Position numbers and translations under genes: made by a program. From contig NIVC01001382.1 of NCBI GenBank assembly GCA_002269645.1, forward strand, positions 87,640 through 151,639: a DNA stretch of 64,000 nucleotides. The letters are read 5' to 3'. Origin of the DNA: Macrostomum lignano. Lineage: Eukaryota. Of the stretch, positions 1-11,795 are shown piece by piece (position 1 is the stretch's first letter; each line of letters opens with the position of its first letter). The notes beneath the pieces were generated by a model. That model was not told where the DNA came from, did no database searches, and saw nothing but the letters and a program-made list of their open reading frames with translations.

Positions 1-1282
1 TAGGGCCTAGGTTAAATAACTGGAATGTCTGGAAAGGGAATTCTCACTTTTCCAGAACATTGTAATACTTATTTGATTGTAGCACCTATATATTGGAGCA
101 CAATAAGATGACCCTGAGGCTATAACAGTATAACATAACGACATCGTCCCACCGGTTGTTATATAATTAGGAGCAATTAGTAATATCAGTGTAATAAAAA
201 ACTTTTGTATGTTACTGCCCATTCAAAAATAACTGGCCAGTTGGTCTAGCATAAATCAATATTGAGTTCACAGACAGAAATTCCACGTGCGAGCGTTTAT
301 GCATTCAAAAAATATTTTTATTTGCAATTTAAACACATTTAGAATGCACTACAATAAAAACTTTGCTAAAGCATGTTTTAGATATAAAATTTTATAATAA
401 TTAATTTTTGGTAAATAATATACATTTATATCGGATGAAATATTTTTATACATACGGCAAAGCATCGAAGGTTCTGGCGATACGTATTGATACGTAAATG
501 TGACTTGTTGCTGCTACAAAATGGTCCAAATCAGAATATTTTCAATGTTTTGTAATTTCACAAAATAGGGTACATAAAAAACCTGCTTTAAAAATTAAAA
601 ATTTGACAAAAAAAATTATTTTCCGAACGTTTCCGGTGATACGTATCTGTCGCCTTAATGATACGTCCCTTTTCTGTGCGGGATAGGCGTAGGAACTAAG
701 GGAGGAGAGTTGTGCCATGCCCCCACTTTTGAAGTGGGAAGGCTGTAATGGTATCTGGCCCCTCCACATTTTAAATGCAATATGTAGACTTTGTTCCTCA
801 TTTTTACTCTTATTTTTTGTTTTTACTGCTTTGCATGAATGTATTTTGCTGCAGGGCAACAAAACATAGCGCCTGCAGCGCCAAAATGAGTGGCGACACT
901 GCCGAGTGTCTGCTGCGCCCAAAAGGAATCCAGTGCCTATGGCACCAAAATGACTTCTAAGGATGTTATATTGTATTTCGTCAGATTTTCTAGGCAGTTG
1001 CTAAACCTAATCAAATCATTATGAAAACACTTGAAGACAACGCAGCAACTCTGCAGTCAGCTGGAGAATGTATTCTAGCTTGTTTGCCGCATCAACAAGT
1101 TTAAAAGGGCTTCTGAAGATTTTATAGTGTACTTCGTCAGATTTCCTGGACAGCCGCCAGACTCATTAGAATCATTATAAACTTTTAAACTAAATCATTA
1201 AAAATAAAGTTACTAGACAGGTTCACAAAGTTACTAGGTCCATAGAAGAAATTACTAGGTTCATAGAAAAAGTGGGGAGAAT

Positions 1283-1858
1283 GGGGGGGGGGTTCACTAG
1301 GCCGAAATTTCACTCTGCCGAAAGCATCTTCCTTCACAAGGCCGAAACTTCACTTTGCCGAAATCATTTTAGCATCGTCTTTCTCTAGGCCGAAACTTCA
1401 CTAGGCCGAAATGACTAGCACGCTCTTTCATAAGGCAGAAACTTCACTAGGCTGAAACTAACAAAATTAATTTAATTCACTTGATTACGTCTACATGTAC
1501 GATCCATATCCAGACCAGCAGCCGATTTCACAGTAGCGTAAATGTAAAACTGTAAATTGGCACTATCTATCAATCAATCAATCAATCCATCTTTTTATCT
1601 ATCTATCTATCCATCTTCAATCAATCTATCTTTCTGTCAATCTATCTATCTATCTATCTATCTATCCATCTATCTATCTTTTTTGGAGGCTTAAGTTCAC
1701 ATCCTCTTTCGACCATAGTAGGATGCTGCTAAAATGATTTTTCGGCAAAGTGAAGTTTCGGTCTAGTGAAGTTTCTGCCTTATAAAAGAGCGTGCTAGTC
1801 ATTTCGGCCTAGTAAAGTTTCGGCCTAGTGAAAAAGAGTGCTTTTCGGCGAAGTGAAA
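1283..1858. repeat. MITE-like element built from inverted arrays of short subrepeats
   Basis: Left arm repeats TTCACTAGGCCGAAA-type units (1293-1450); right arm carries the reverse complement TTTCGGCCTAGTGAA (1740-1858). The centre holds a microsatellite. No clear TSD. Confidence 0.55.
1566..1680. repeat. (TCTA/TCAA)n microsatellite
   Basis: Tetranucleotide run read directly. Confidence 0.9.
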
Positions 1859-2459
1859 TGCAACACTATTGACTGAATCTATTGACTTAAGTACTCAAGG
1901 CTCAATCATACTCACACTCTTCCAAGAGGGGCACCAAACAAAAACAACCAGCGGGCAAATTCGGCAAATCAACATTTTTTTATACACCTAGCAACAATTT
2001 CGGCCGAGCTTATAGTAGCGGCCTGCTGGCCAAGGCGCAGAGATGGAAAAATACAAACATTATGAAGTGGAACATCAGAACAAACAAATTCATGAAGTTC
2101 AGACGATGCAAAATTAAACACTGAAAAAGGAGCCACTGGGCTAAATAGAGGCTCGATTAAATTGCAATATTTTATTAGAACTTGACCAGTAAAACAGTCA
2201 CCAAGACAGTCAGTGATGCAAAAAATGAGCCTGAGCTTGTGAGGCAAAATGAGCTACATGTTGACAGCAAATTGTCTTTAGAAGTTGTACTCAAAACTTT
2301 CCCATCACTGGTCTTATTAGACTTAGATGAACCGACGTAATCTGGAGCAATAATAGATAGGGCATCGGAATCGGAAATTTAAATATTTTCCTCGGCTGCC
2401 GACTGCAATGAGTACAATAGCAGCTTTAACCAGACAAAATTCTCACATATTTGCCTTGC

Positions 2460-3512
2460 TTAAAAGCGACTGCCGAAGTGCATTCTGTTAAAAGAATACA
2501 TTGCAGATTCAAAAGGGAACATTGACGCTGAATAAACGGGTCCAAAACGCTCATACTGTGCTGGCAGATGGCTGAGCAAGTGGAAGTTTAAAAGCTGCAT
2601 TCGCTCGGAAAAAAACTTAGGGCTAAGTCGCAAAAACACTTTGCAAAGCTGCTTTAACGTAACGTAACACACGAGTTGGGTGAATATAGTAAGACATAAT
2701 AGAATGCAAAAGAAGCAACAAGCTTCTAAATTATTGGTCTTCAACTCGAGGTAAAAGAATGACAGGAAACAAATACAACGCAAAAAGTTTGTATTTTTTG
2801 GCCTTCCAAAGTGATAGCTTGCTTAATGGTGGAAAATTCGCGACGCCTTGAGGCATCTTCAGGCACTTAAGCTGGCTGTCGATGGCCTTGATTGAAGGAG
2901 TTCGAAGCACAAACCGGCAGTTACGGTTTTTAGAATCAGTTAAGTAACTTAAAACGTGCTTTACTTGGCCTTCCCATAAACAGTGCATCGGGTCGATGAT
3001 AAAATTATCGGGAAATTTTACAATCCGAAGCAAAGTAGCGGCCCGCTTCACACCAAAAAAGATTTCAATCTTTGAGTTTTCAGCAAATGCAAGTGCTTAT
3101 TGTGCATAACGGGAGTCCGTAATTCGATGCCTTCAACAGATGGAAATATTGTGACGGATCCTCTTTCGGAGACCTTGATACTTTTTCCTGGCAGTACAAA
3201 CTTTGGGCAAGCAAAATGCCCATTAAATTGCTTAATGCCAAACAAATGAGACAAAGCTGGTAGATCGCAAGTAAAAAAAGAGAAGTGCAGATAAAAGGAA
3301 ATATTTTTTACCTTAACAACTGATGGTAAACGATCAATAATTGTGGGTAGGTAAGTTTCAAAATCCCGCTCCCCACGACTGGCAAAAAGTGCAATAGTAA
3401 TTATATTCGCAAACTTCTGACGCAACTTGATAGGTAAATTAAAACAAATAGCACAAAATGGCCAAATAGACATATCCGCTGCTTTAAAGAAGTTGGCTCC
3501 ATCTGCAGACAT
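2460..3512 (-). pseudogene. EnSpm/CACTA-type (Tnp2-like) transposase, frameshifted fragments (copy 1)
   Basis: Consecutive minus-strand frames give DG..SIWP...NLP..LR, CDLPA...KQFNGHFAC, IIDPMHCLWEG and HLLSHLP....FGP...SMFPFE, the ordered motif set of this family. Coding may extend to ~1970. Confidence 0.82.
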
Positions 3513-4179
3513 TTAAGTATTAAATTTAGTGTTAAATTAAATTAAGAACAAATTTAGTGTTAAATAAGTTCAATTTAGTTAAAAGCTAAAAAGGTAAAAT
3601 CAGTTAAATTTTGTAACTAGTCTAGCTGCATGGCTTTATGAATTGCTGCTCTAGCTGATATATAATAATTTGATAACTAGCAATTTCAAAAGTTTTTGTC
3701 CTTATAAAAATAAAAACAGTTAAAACAAATTAGATAAGATGTGAAACAAAAGACAGGAGAACTGCTTTAAAAATAAATGAAGTAAAAAGTATATTTTCGT
3801 TACAATAGGTTTTGCGATGATAAATAAAGTACATTTAATAAAAGGCATTATATATTATAATTTGAAAAATTAGAAACTGATTTTTTTTAACTCGTATTTA
3901 AAATGCATTATTTTTAATTGACTTCCAGCTAGTCAACTAGCGGTTATAATGTCAAAATTTAGAATAATAAAACAAGGATACATACTTGTATTATATCACA
4001 GAATATTTCTTAATAAATTAGCACTGTGTATTCAAAGTTTTCTCCCACATTTTGTGAGACTAAATTCGCATTATAATTTAACTTCGAAATAATGCCTTTT
4101 TAATGCATTATTTGCCATTTAGCATTAAAAATGCATTTTTTGCATGATTCCCTACTAGGGTAACAGTCTTACTAATAAC

Positions 4180-4390
4180 TCACTTTTGAAAATTCGTGTG
4201 GTAAGTGCAGCAGCAGGCTTCGACTGGTGTGTCTCTATAAGGGAGCACATTGGCTGGTCGGAGGTTGCAGAACTTTGACAACCCAATTTTGGCATCTGAG
4301 TGTTGCTCCTGAAAGAGGCAGTGTGCTTCCTTCAGGCTAACAACCAGATAGCGCTTCTGCATGCGTTTTCCGGCGACATTAATAAATTAT
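4180..4390 (-). pseudogene. Transposase N-terminal fragment, probably Sola2-like
   Basis: QKRYL..SLKEAH..F...H...KIGLSKF..LRP..V.....CCC.YH.NF resembles the QKR/KIG.SKF..LRP/CxC.xH region I associate with Sola2-type transposases. The catalytic core is absent and the superfamily call is from memory. Confidence 0.4.
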
Positions 4391-4680
4391 TTTAGAATTT
4401 TAGGCGATTCAATGCCAGCCAGCTTCAGAACTACTGCAGCTGCAAGATCCCGAACCACAGCCACACGTCTGGCCGGCGTTGTTGGCATTGAGGTTAAGCA
4501 CCTGAAAATATATTCACTAACAGTTCTGAGTAACTTGTCATACAAATTTATACAATACACTCATGCAACATTAAAAGTTGTACTTGCTTGTTGACAGCAC
4601 GGGACTGAGCGTGTGCAAGCGTACTCTGACTCGGGTGTATTCGCGGCCTCTTCTTGTTGGGCTTGAGCAGCAGCCGCAAC

Positions 4681-4960
4681 CCCGTATAGCAAATTTACGT
4701 AACTTTACGTAAATGTTACGTAAATAAATTCGTAACAGGTTACGTAACAGTTACGTCACAAAGTGAAGCCTTTTTCATGTAACTTTACGTTAAAAAGTGT
4801 CGCCATATTTACGTAACTTTTATATGGATTTTATATGGATGGAAAATTTTTATTTACATAACAATTTTCCATTTTATTTACGCAACTTTACGTAACAATT
4901 GTCCATCTGATTTACGTACATTTACGTGACAAGTTTTCGTCAATTCACGTAAACTTATGT
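4681..4960. repeat. Cluster of TTACGT(AA) motifs after a CCC-start, possible EnSpm-type terminus
   Basis: More than ten TTACGT/TTACGTAA copies within 280 bp starting at CCCGTATAGC. No partner end found. Confidence 0.55.
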
Positions 4961-5499
4961 AACTATTATCTCTCCAATTGATGTAATTTTTCGTATCGAT
5001 TCTCCGTCTCACTTGCAGCAATACATGTACGTGACTATTCCTTAGCTGTGGGTATGGGAATTTACGTCTCAGACAGTTTTTTGTAGATCAATCAACAAGT
5101 TAAAAATAAGAAAAATAAAACTCATGGGTAGTACATTTTACTTGATAGCAACTGCACTGCTTGTGTGCAACTTATGTGCGCTCGAAGACAACTGACCTCA
5201 CAAAAAGATGGTTGTATAGTCAAGTCATGACAACTAATTTTTTGGTTTCTGATTTATTGGGTGTTAACTAATTTTTTGTTACAAAAATATGGTTTCACAA
5301 TTGCTTTCAAAAAGAGGAAGGTTGAAATAATTAAATTATTCGCGGTTGTCATTAGCGACCAGGAGACCTTTTACATTGGTATCGTCAGCGTTGGGATTAA
5401 AGCCGGATAAGTTTAAATAGCACACCAGTAGGAAGCAGTGGGATTTGATAAGTAAGCTTAATTAACTTGACACCTTTTACAAGAGCAGTTGAGATCAAA

Positions 5500-5762
5500 G
5501 GGGGCATCAAAAACCCTAAAAATCACTTTCTTTACACACATACCATAAACCCTAAATATCATTTCCCCTAAATTTCATATTCTCTAAAATCTTACAAGAC
5601 ACATCACGAAACCTAAATACCATAACCCCTAAATGTCTGGAATTTGGAATTTTGGATTTTAGATAATGTGATATTTAGGGGATATAATAATTTAGGGTTT
5701 ATGATGTACTCGTAGGTTGCTTTTAGAGAATGTGATTTTTAGAGTTTGTGATGATAGCGCCC
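5500..5762. repeat. Small MITE-like inverted repeat element
   Basis: Left AAACCCTAAAAATCAC / CCCCTAAAT units mirrored by ATTTAGGGG / GTGATTTTTAGAGTTT on the right. Confidence 0.45.
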
Positions 5763-5778
5763 CGAGATTAAAAAATGG

Positions 5779-5899
5779 TTACTCTGCCTCCTCGCCATCG
5801 CCAGTACCATCTGCGTCATCATCGTAACGCTCGCGCCACTCCTCCGCCCGCTTGGCGGTCTGGGGCATACGCTTCAATGCACCTTGTAGAACAAATAAT
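5779..5899 (-). other. Isolated putative terminal exon (LFVLQGALKRMPQTAKRAEEWRERYDDD...EEAE*)
   Basis: GC-rich open frame after a TTGCAG acceptor, ending in TAA at 5779-5781. Parent gene unknown, possibly a TE accessory ORF. Confidence 0.3.
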
Positions 5900-6212
5900 C
5901 TGCAACAAGAGAAGGCAATAGATAAAGCACTATATTGCATGTATATAAATACTCAAAATATTTATATAGTAAGTTATATCTATAGAAATGGATATAAAAT
6001 GCAATTAGCTATACAAAGCATTTTCTAATGACTAAAACAATCATTCCTTTAGTATTATTAAAAAAACGATAAAAGTAATAAAACAATAAAACGACAAAAA
6101 AGCTTAGGCTAGGTCTAAATAAAGAGAAATACATGCAAATTTAAGTTTTAAATATAATAGGCATAGGCCTATTTATATATATCTTTTTAATAAAGTTGAT
6201 AGTCTAATATCA

Positions 6213-6545
6213 ATGACAACCAACATGACAACTTTGGCATGCCATAGAAACTAACGACGTATTCCTAGGAACAATAACCGACCATTCTTTCCGCACAGCA
6301 GGCACTTGGCCTAGCGGAATGGTGACTTTATTACAAGTCCATTGAATACCTCACTCTCCCACTCAACCCAGCGCGAGCTCGAGTTGGCAAGGCGAAAAAA
6401 AGTTTGGCTTAACATTAACTTCTGCACGATAAGTACCGGTAGTGATAAGAACATAGTTTGGTTTACGAGGTACATTGAGCAAAAAGACGCGGCACATCGT
6501 TGGGTGATTGGCAACCAAAAACAATGGCAGATAATGAACGTTTGA
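6213..6545 (+). pseudogene. Hypothetical protein, frameshifted, convergent to the cluster
   Basis: Frames WHAIETNDVFLGTITDHSFRT... and ...RELELARRKKVWLNINF...HRWVIGNQKQWQIMNV* join with one shift. No recognisable domain. Confidence 0.3.
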
Positions 6546-6608
6546 AAAAAATTATTGTAACACTTTCCGATTCTCAGGTTGTACGATGCCCGGGGTCTAT
6601 GAAAAGTT

Positions 6609-7277
6609 CTAGCGCGCGCTCAGTCCAAGTTTGGTAGGTGGTTCCACCTCGCGCAAAACACCTTGTTTACGCACACGACGTTCTTCAAGCGGTTTTTTCG
6701 GTTGCTTTTGTTTCCGCTCAGCTCCACCAGCTCTGCGCTTGCGTCCTACCTTGATTTTTAACGGTGGAATCCAGTAGCAGCGGTCAAACGCCTGCTTGGG
6801 AGCTTCTATGAATTGCAATTGTTGAATTTTCGGCACCGCGGTTAGAACCGAGTCGTGAATCACCGCCGTATCTAGGGTGAACAGTACTCTATAGTAGCCC
6901 GTCTTGTTCTTCACAACTTGCCGCTCTTGTCGTACATTTTAAAGTCGTGAGCCAATCCAAATGCAGCGCTGTCACAGCCAAAAGTGGGGTTGTACCCCAA
7001 TAGCGCCATTCCTTGGATAGAGAGCTGGTGACACGGAATTGAACGCTTCTGGTATGCAGCTCTCCAAGTGCTTTTGGGAAAGAATGATGAATTCGTGACC
7101 TTCATTGTCGGTTCTCACACCCTTGAAAATCAGTACGGGCGTCGCATTGGCAAGATAGAGAGGACCCTCTTCGTCGTACTCCAAGTCGTACGTCTCCGTT
7201 GCATTGTAGCTTGGACCTCTCAACTTGAGAGAGAATAGGTCGATCCTTACACTATTGTAGTCTTGAACGGTATCCAT
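6609..7277 (-). pseudogene. Unknown ~220-aa protein with basic C-terminal tail (two frameshifts)
   Basis: aacATGG start at 7277. Frames 7277-6972, 7105-6911 and 6914-6609 can be joined into one protein ending GRKRRAGGAERKQKQPKKPLEERRVRK... Confidence 0.5.
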
Positions 7278-7322
7278 GTTGCTGCTGCTGCTGAGAGTGG
7301 GTCTCGCCCCCCTGAGCGCCTC

Positions 7323-7330
7323 CTTATATA
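7323..7330 (-). promoter_or_regulatory. TATA box for the 7277 ORF
   Basis: TATATAAG on the minus strand ~45 nt upstream of a Kozak-context ATG. Confidence 0.5.
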
Positions 7331-7518
7331 CCCTTGGGGCGGAGGGTAGGGTGGCTGGGCGTTTTTGTTATAGTCCTTTAACGACATTTTCCGGTGTTGG
7401 AAATCCGGAAAAAATATACCTTTTGTTTCGATCTTCTGGTCGAGGGGTTTTGGGTGTGTCATGAATGCAGCTGCAGTGGGGGATAATAGTCAGCTTCACT
7501 AGCACCGGTCTACTATGT

Positions 7519-7878
7519 TTAGGTAGCCATATCTTTTGGTGTTCCGTCACGAGGGAGCAAGCGGCTGGTGATTCCGGTACCGTATTTTCTCACGATGACC
7601 TCCTGTAATATCGGGGTAATTATCTGCTCCATTCTTTGAAGATTGGCTTTGAAATGCATCTTATCTCTAAATTAGAAGTCAATTCGGGCATCTGTATATT
7701 CTTGGGTGCTGTAAGGCCCTTGCCCAATTTCGTCTACCTCGGCATTAAAGGTGACTAATCGTTCGGGAATTGGTTTGCCGTGACAAATGCATAACCAGTC
7801 TGTGGACTTTTTCAGGGTCTCGTACTCTGCCCTTTCTTTGCTCGATAATAGCGGATAGTCTCGAGAAATCCAGCTCAT
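7519..7878 (-). pseudogene. Hypothetical protein (MSWISRDYPLL...), one in-frame stop
   Basis: The frame continues past TAA at 7672-7674 (FRDKMHFKANLQRMEQIITP...DMAT*). The start ATG overlaps a TGA stop (ATGA). Confidence 0.4.
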
Positions 7879-8251
7879 TCCTCTGACTCGTCAGATTCGT
7901 CGAGAAAGAAATAGTGGAAGAAATTGTCGACTCTATTCTTTTAACTGCCGCAAGTATTTTGTCTGACAGGTGAAATTCGCAGTCTCCTTTTACGTACAGT
8001 CGCTTCCCTTCGATAACTTTGATAGATGCGCCGCCTTCGAGATCGTAATATGTGCAGCTAATGCACAGAAATTTCATTCGATGCCATTGTGCTCGACTAA
8101 ACACGGCTCCTGGGCAGCTACAGTTTTGACAGTGGATGCGGAAACGCGGCTCGTTTGGGTCCCAATATCTCACTTCGAGCACTGCGTTGTCAACGTAGGC
8201 GTATACTATTTCCCATTGCCAGTACATTTTGATTTTGTTGAGAAATACCAA
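7876..8251 (-). pseudogene. Cys-rich hypothetical protein (CxxC...CxxC, putative Zn-binding)
   Basis: RIHCQNCSC...KFLCISC. Starts 10 nt after the Fic stop. The C-terminal frame is ambiguous: ...FFLDESDESEE* at 7876, or read-on to 7745. Confidence 0.45.
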
Positions 8252-8261
8252 TTTTATCTAT

Positions 8262-9028
8262 TTATAGGCTGCCGTCTGAACAGATTTCCAACCATTCCCT
8301 CCACTGTAGGACAGTTCTCTCAATTGATAAAAGTAAATACGCCGCTAGGAGCCCCCGGTTCCTGCTGCGCGCTTCGTAAAGACAGTTGAGATATGTGTCT
8401 CCATTAGCATACGCAAATGATACGGGTTCTGGCAGAATCCGCTTGAACAACTTTGATAATAACAGCCTAGCAGTTCTACCATTGCCGTCGCTAAAGGGGT
8501 GGTGAGAAACTTTTCTAGGAAATATGCTGCTGTCACTACTGCGTCTTGCAGGAATTGTGGCTCGTTTATGTCTCTAGTTAATTTTACCAGCTGCCGTTCG
8601 ATATTTTCTGGGGCGCTGTAATACACTGTAATACGCTGTAATACGCTGTAATACACCATAATGTGTGACATACTCGCACCTGCTGGCTTGGCGTGTTTAA
8701 TTCTATACGATCCCGCATTTGGGAGCAGTCCTCTGCACACGCGTGTGTGAAGTTGTCTAACTAACTCTGTGTCAATTAACCCCCTCGTGTCATTGAGGTG
8801 TTTTGCCGCACTCCATAGATTGGCTGTGACCATACAGGACCCTGTTTTTATCGCTTCTTCTGCTTCCTCCCTCGTTAACGATGCCTCTCTCTCCTCAATG
8901 TTTACTTCAGTTACGAATGCCAGCCGAGCCAGATGTGTGAATTTTAAGCGCTCCTTCTCGGTCAATCCCCCGATTCTTTTCCTAGTGTCCGATAACAATC
9001 TTTCAATGAGGGGTATTCTGTCGCGCAC
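8262..9028 (-). pseudogene. Fic/Doc-family (Fido) AMPylase, frameshifted just before the catalytic motif
   Basis: The canonical HPFSDGNGRTAR is encoded at 8466-8501 in the frame of ORF 8262-8450. The upstream frame (9028) has NIEE, ..VRQLH..V, G.YR and Y.AP..I...L Fic elements. Confidence 0.9.
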
Positions 9029-10015
9029 ACTCTCGATGCATAGGGCCTATCAGTTATATCCTCCTCCATGGTCTATATAGAGAAGTTTGTACACTGCTTC
9101 TATTTAATGGTTTGAAATGACACTGCGCGCGGTTGCTCTATCCCTCTGCAGCCCTGGGGGAGCTCTTTGTACGGCTCTCTCCGTGTGTGACTTACACACT
9201 GCCTCTCTGTCCCGTGCCTCCTGCTACAGGGGCTGCTTCCTCTCTTCGCGGGGTGTGTGACTCATACTACCTCTGTGTCCACGCCGCGTGCTGCGACATG
9301 CCAAGGCGGCTATCCAAACTCGTGCCTCCACGCACTCTCTGTCCCAACACACCCCTCTGACAGGGCTGCTCTCTGCCCCCCACATCCTGCTACAGGGGGC
9401 TGCTCTCTTTACAGGGCTGCGTCAGCATCGGGGTTAAAAAACCCCTTCCTACACCCCCCTACCGTATGGTGGCAAACTGCATGCACACGACATTGGTGGG
9501 AGGGGCGGGATTCCCCCTGCCGAATGTACACTCGCCGGAGGCCCACCCCGCTGGACGCCCACCCTGCTGGAGGTACACCCCGGGGGAGGTGGTACACCCC
9601 GAGGGAGCACCTTGCCGCGGTGCTAGAGGCCGGCATCAGCCCGACGGACCTTCCCAAAATCAACCGTTATACGAGTAGTTAATACGCTCGTATGTTATCA
9701 AAATCATTCTCGGCAAAAATGTTGCTTCTTCAGAATCTTTCAGCCACTACCGTCCAATTAGATCCGACTTCGAACTGACGGGAATTTCTTTTAGCAGAGG
9801 CGGGATATGAGGGGGGCTTGGGTCGCTTCGCTATGCTGGCTATGCTGGGCTGACATACCGCATGGACTCCATAGACTCCATGGTCCATAGAACCTAATAG
9901 GATCTAATACAAAGGAGGTCCATGCATGCCGCCAGTCACAGACAAAAAGTATGACGGGGTTTCAGGGTTTCAAACATGAAGCAAACAGGGGCGCCAGGGC
10001 GGCAATATACATACA

Positions 10016-10380
10016 ATAGAGGCGCTATAATACACACTAGAGGGGCGCCATAATACACTAGAGGCGCCATAAGACACACTAGAGAGGCGCCATAATATGC
10101 ACTAGAGAGGCGCCATTATATACACTAGAGGGGCGCCATAATAAACACTAGAGACTAGAGAGCCGCCATAATACACACTAGAGAGGCACCATAATACACA
10201 CTAGAGAGGCGCCATTATATACACTAGAGGGGCGCCATAATACACCCTAGAGAGGCACCATTATACACACTAGGGGGGCGCGATTATATACACTAGAGGG
10301 GCGCCATAATATGCTCTAGAGTAGAAAGGCGCCATAATATACACTGGAGGGTGCCATGATAATATACATTAGAGGGGCGT
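10016..10380. repeat. Degenerate ~22-24-bp tandem array (GAGGCGCCATAATACACACTA)
   Basis: Roughly 15 imperfect copies read directly. Confidence 0.85.
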
Positions 10381-11659
10381 AAGGGTTGTAACTTGTAAGC
10401 TCGTTCGAAAGGCAAAAAAATTATCTTGTGTAGGCCAGTGGCTGCTTTATCCATTTTATAAAAACTATAGAAACTGGAGAGGCAGGCAGCCCGGAGCTCA
10501 TAACATTCAAAGAGCAGTCAGAAGTGTAGCAGTAACTTCAGTAACTAAGAATAGGTTGAACCAAATTTAAGTTTTTCTCCGTGTGGTTTGGTGCCTCCTA
10601 TCTGCTGTCTGTAATTAATTCACAGCTTATCTACAACTTTTACATTCAGAGCTCCATACCACATGCTCACAGGATTTTTTGACTTCGAGTTGTAAAAGAC
10701 GATCGCAAACGAAGAAAAATTTGGTGGTGAGAATATTTGTGAGTGGATGTTGGCGCCCAGCAGCAGTTTTTCATTGACTCCAGGATTCGCGGGAAAATGA
10801 AGGAAGAATGATCGAGTGACAATAAAACTGTCATGGGAACACAGAGACGCGTCGAGGCGTTTATGATGCAGTGAATGTATCATCTGCAATAATGGGAAAG
10901 GTCGGGTTAGCTACCCGGAGCCAGCTGTCAATGCGGCCCGCCGCCCGTAGAAGTTTGGGGAGCCTGGGTTAGATGATTACTAATTCATGATTTGCCTCTC
11001 CCACGGAGCTCTGAAAAAGGAAACTGAAAAGAACGAAATCCTAACAACACCCATATATTATAGCAAATAGGGATGTGCCCCGATTACGCAGTAGATATGA
11101 AATTTGCTTGCAGAACCGAAAAGAAATATGAAGTTGTTAAAAGTTATATGTATTAAAGAAACAAAAGCTGATAGAGCTGAATAAACTCATAATGATACAT
11201 GTACAAATTAGTATTTAAAGAGTATGCAAGGGCTTCTAGACTTCTAGACTAGATTTAGAAGTCATTGAGGGTATGCTTTACACATTCATTAAAAATTATA
11301 TGGTTGTTTACTTTATGGGAGACCGAGTTGGAACAGAAAAGGAACCATTTCACAAAGGCCACTTTGATAGTGATCGCAAAAAAGCGGCCAGTGTAGTAGC
11401 AAGCGGTTGGGGAAGTATGTATCAATTTCATTTCGAACTGAATTGCGAGGGATAGCTATAGTGTGTGGAGCAACGCAAATCCTCTCGACATTTTTATAGC
11501 CACACCACACCAGCTGTTTCCTGTCTCGTCATCTTGACACAAAGAGACTAAGAGATCCAAGCAGAAAAAACAGTCTAGCATTATCGAGGTTTCAGTTTCT
11601 GCATATGTATTCGATATAATTGCCAGTGTCCCGGGATCCCAGGATTGCAAACCCTACTC

Positions 11660-11795
11660 ATAGCCTCTCATCTCGCCTCTCTTGTCATCTTTTATCCCCT
11701 CTTTCTTCTCTCTCCTTTCCACTATAGCTCTCATCTGGCCCGCAGCCATGAGCTGTCCTTATCTGGCCCTTAGGATAAAAAGTTGCCGACCCCTG
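11660..11795 (-). mobile_element. hAT-type MITE end (CAGGGGTCGGCAAC TIR); related copy at 19628-19800
   Basis: GTTGCCGACCCCTG at 11782-11795 and CAAGGGTCGGCAAAC at 19628 share ~70 bp of adjacent sequence in inverted orientation. Confidence 0.55.

Larger units (their letters stand above)
6200..9700 (-). mobile_element. Degenerate virus-like (endogenous viral element-like) gene cluster
   Basis: About five abutting or overlapping intronless minus-strand ORFs (ATGA overlap at 7875-7878), one convergent plus-strand ORF, a TATA box plus Kozak ATG, and scattered frameshifts and stops. Includes a Fic gene. Family not identified. Confidence 0.5.

Noticed and set aside
9670-9680. AGTAGT as a Polinton terminus
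   Set aside because: A single hexamer with no matching TIR or 6-bp TSD.
6200-9700. Plain bacterial contamination as the explanation for the Fic region
   Set aside because: The genes are uniformly pseudogenised, carry a TATA/Kozak signal, show no obvious Shine-Dalgarno pattern, and are embedded among eukaryotic repeats. Not fully excluded without read data.
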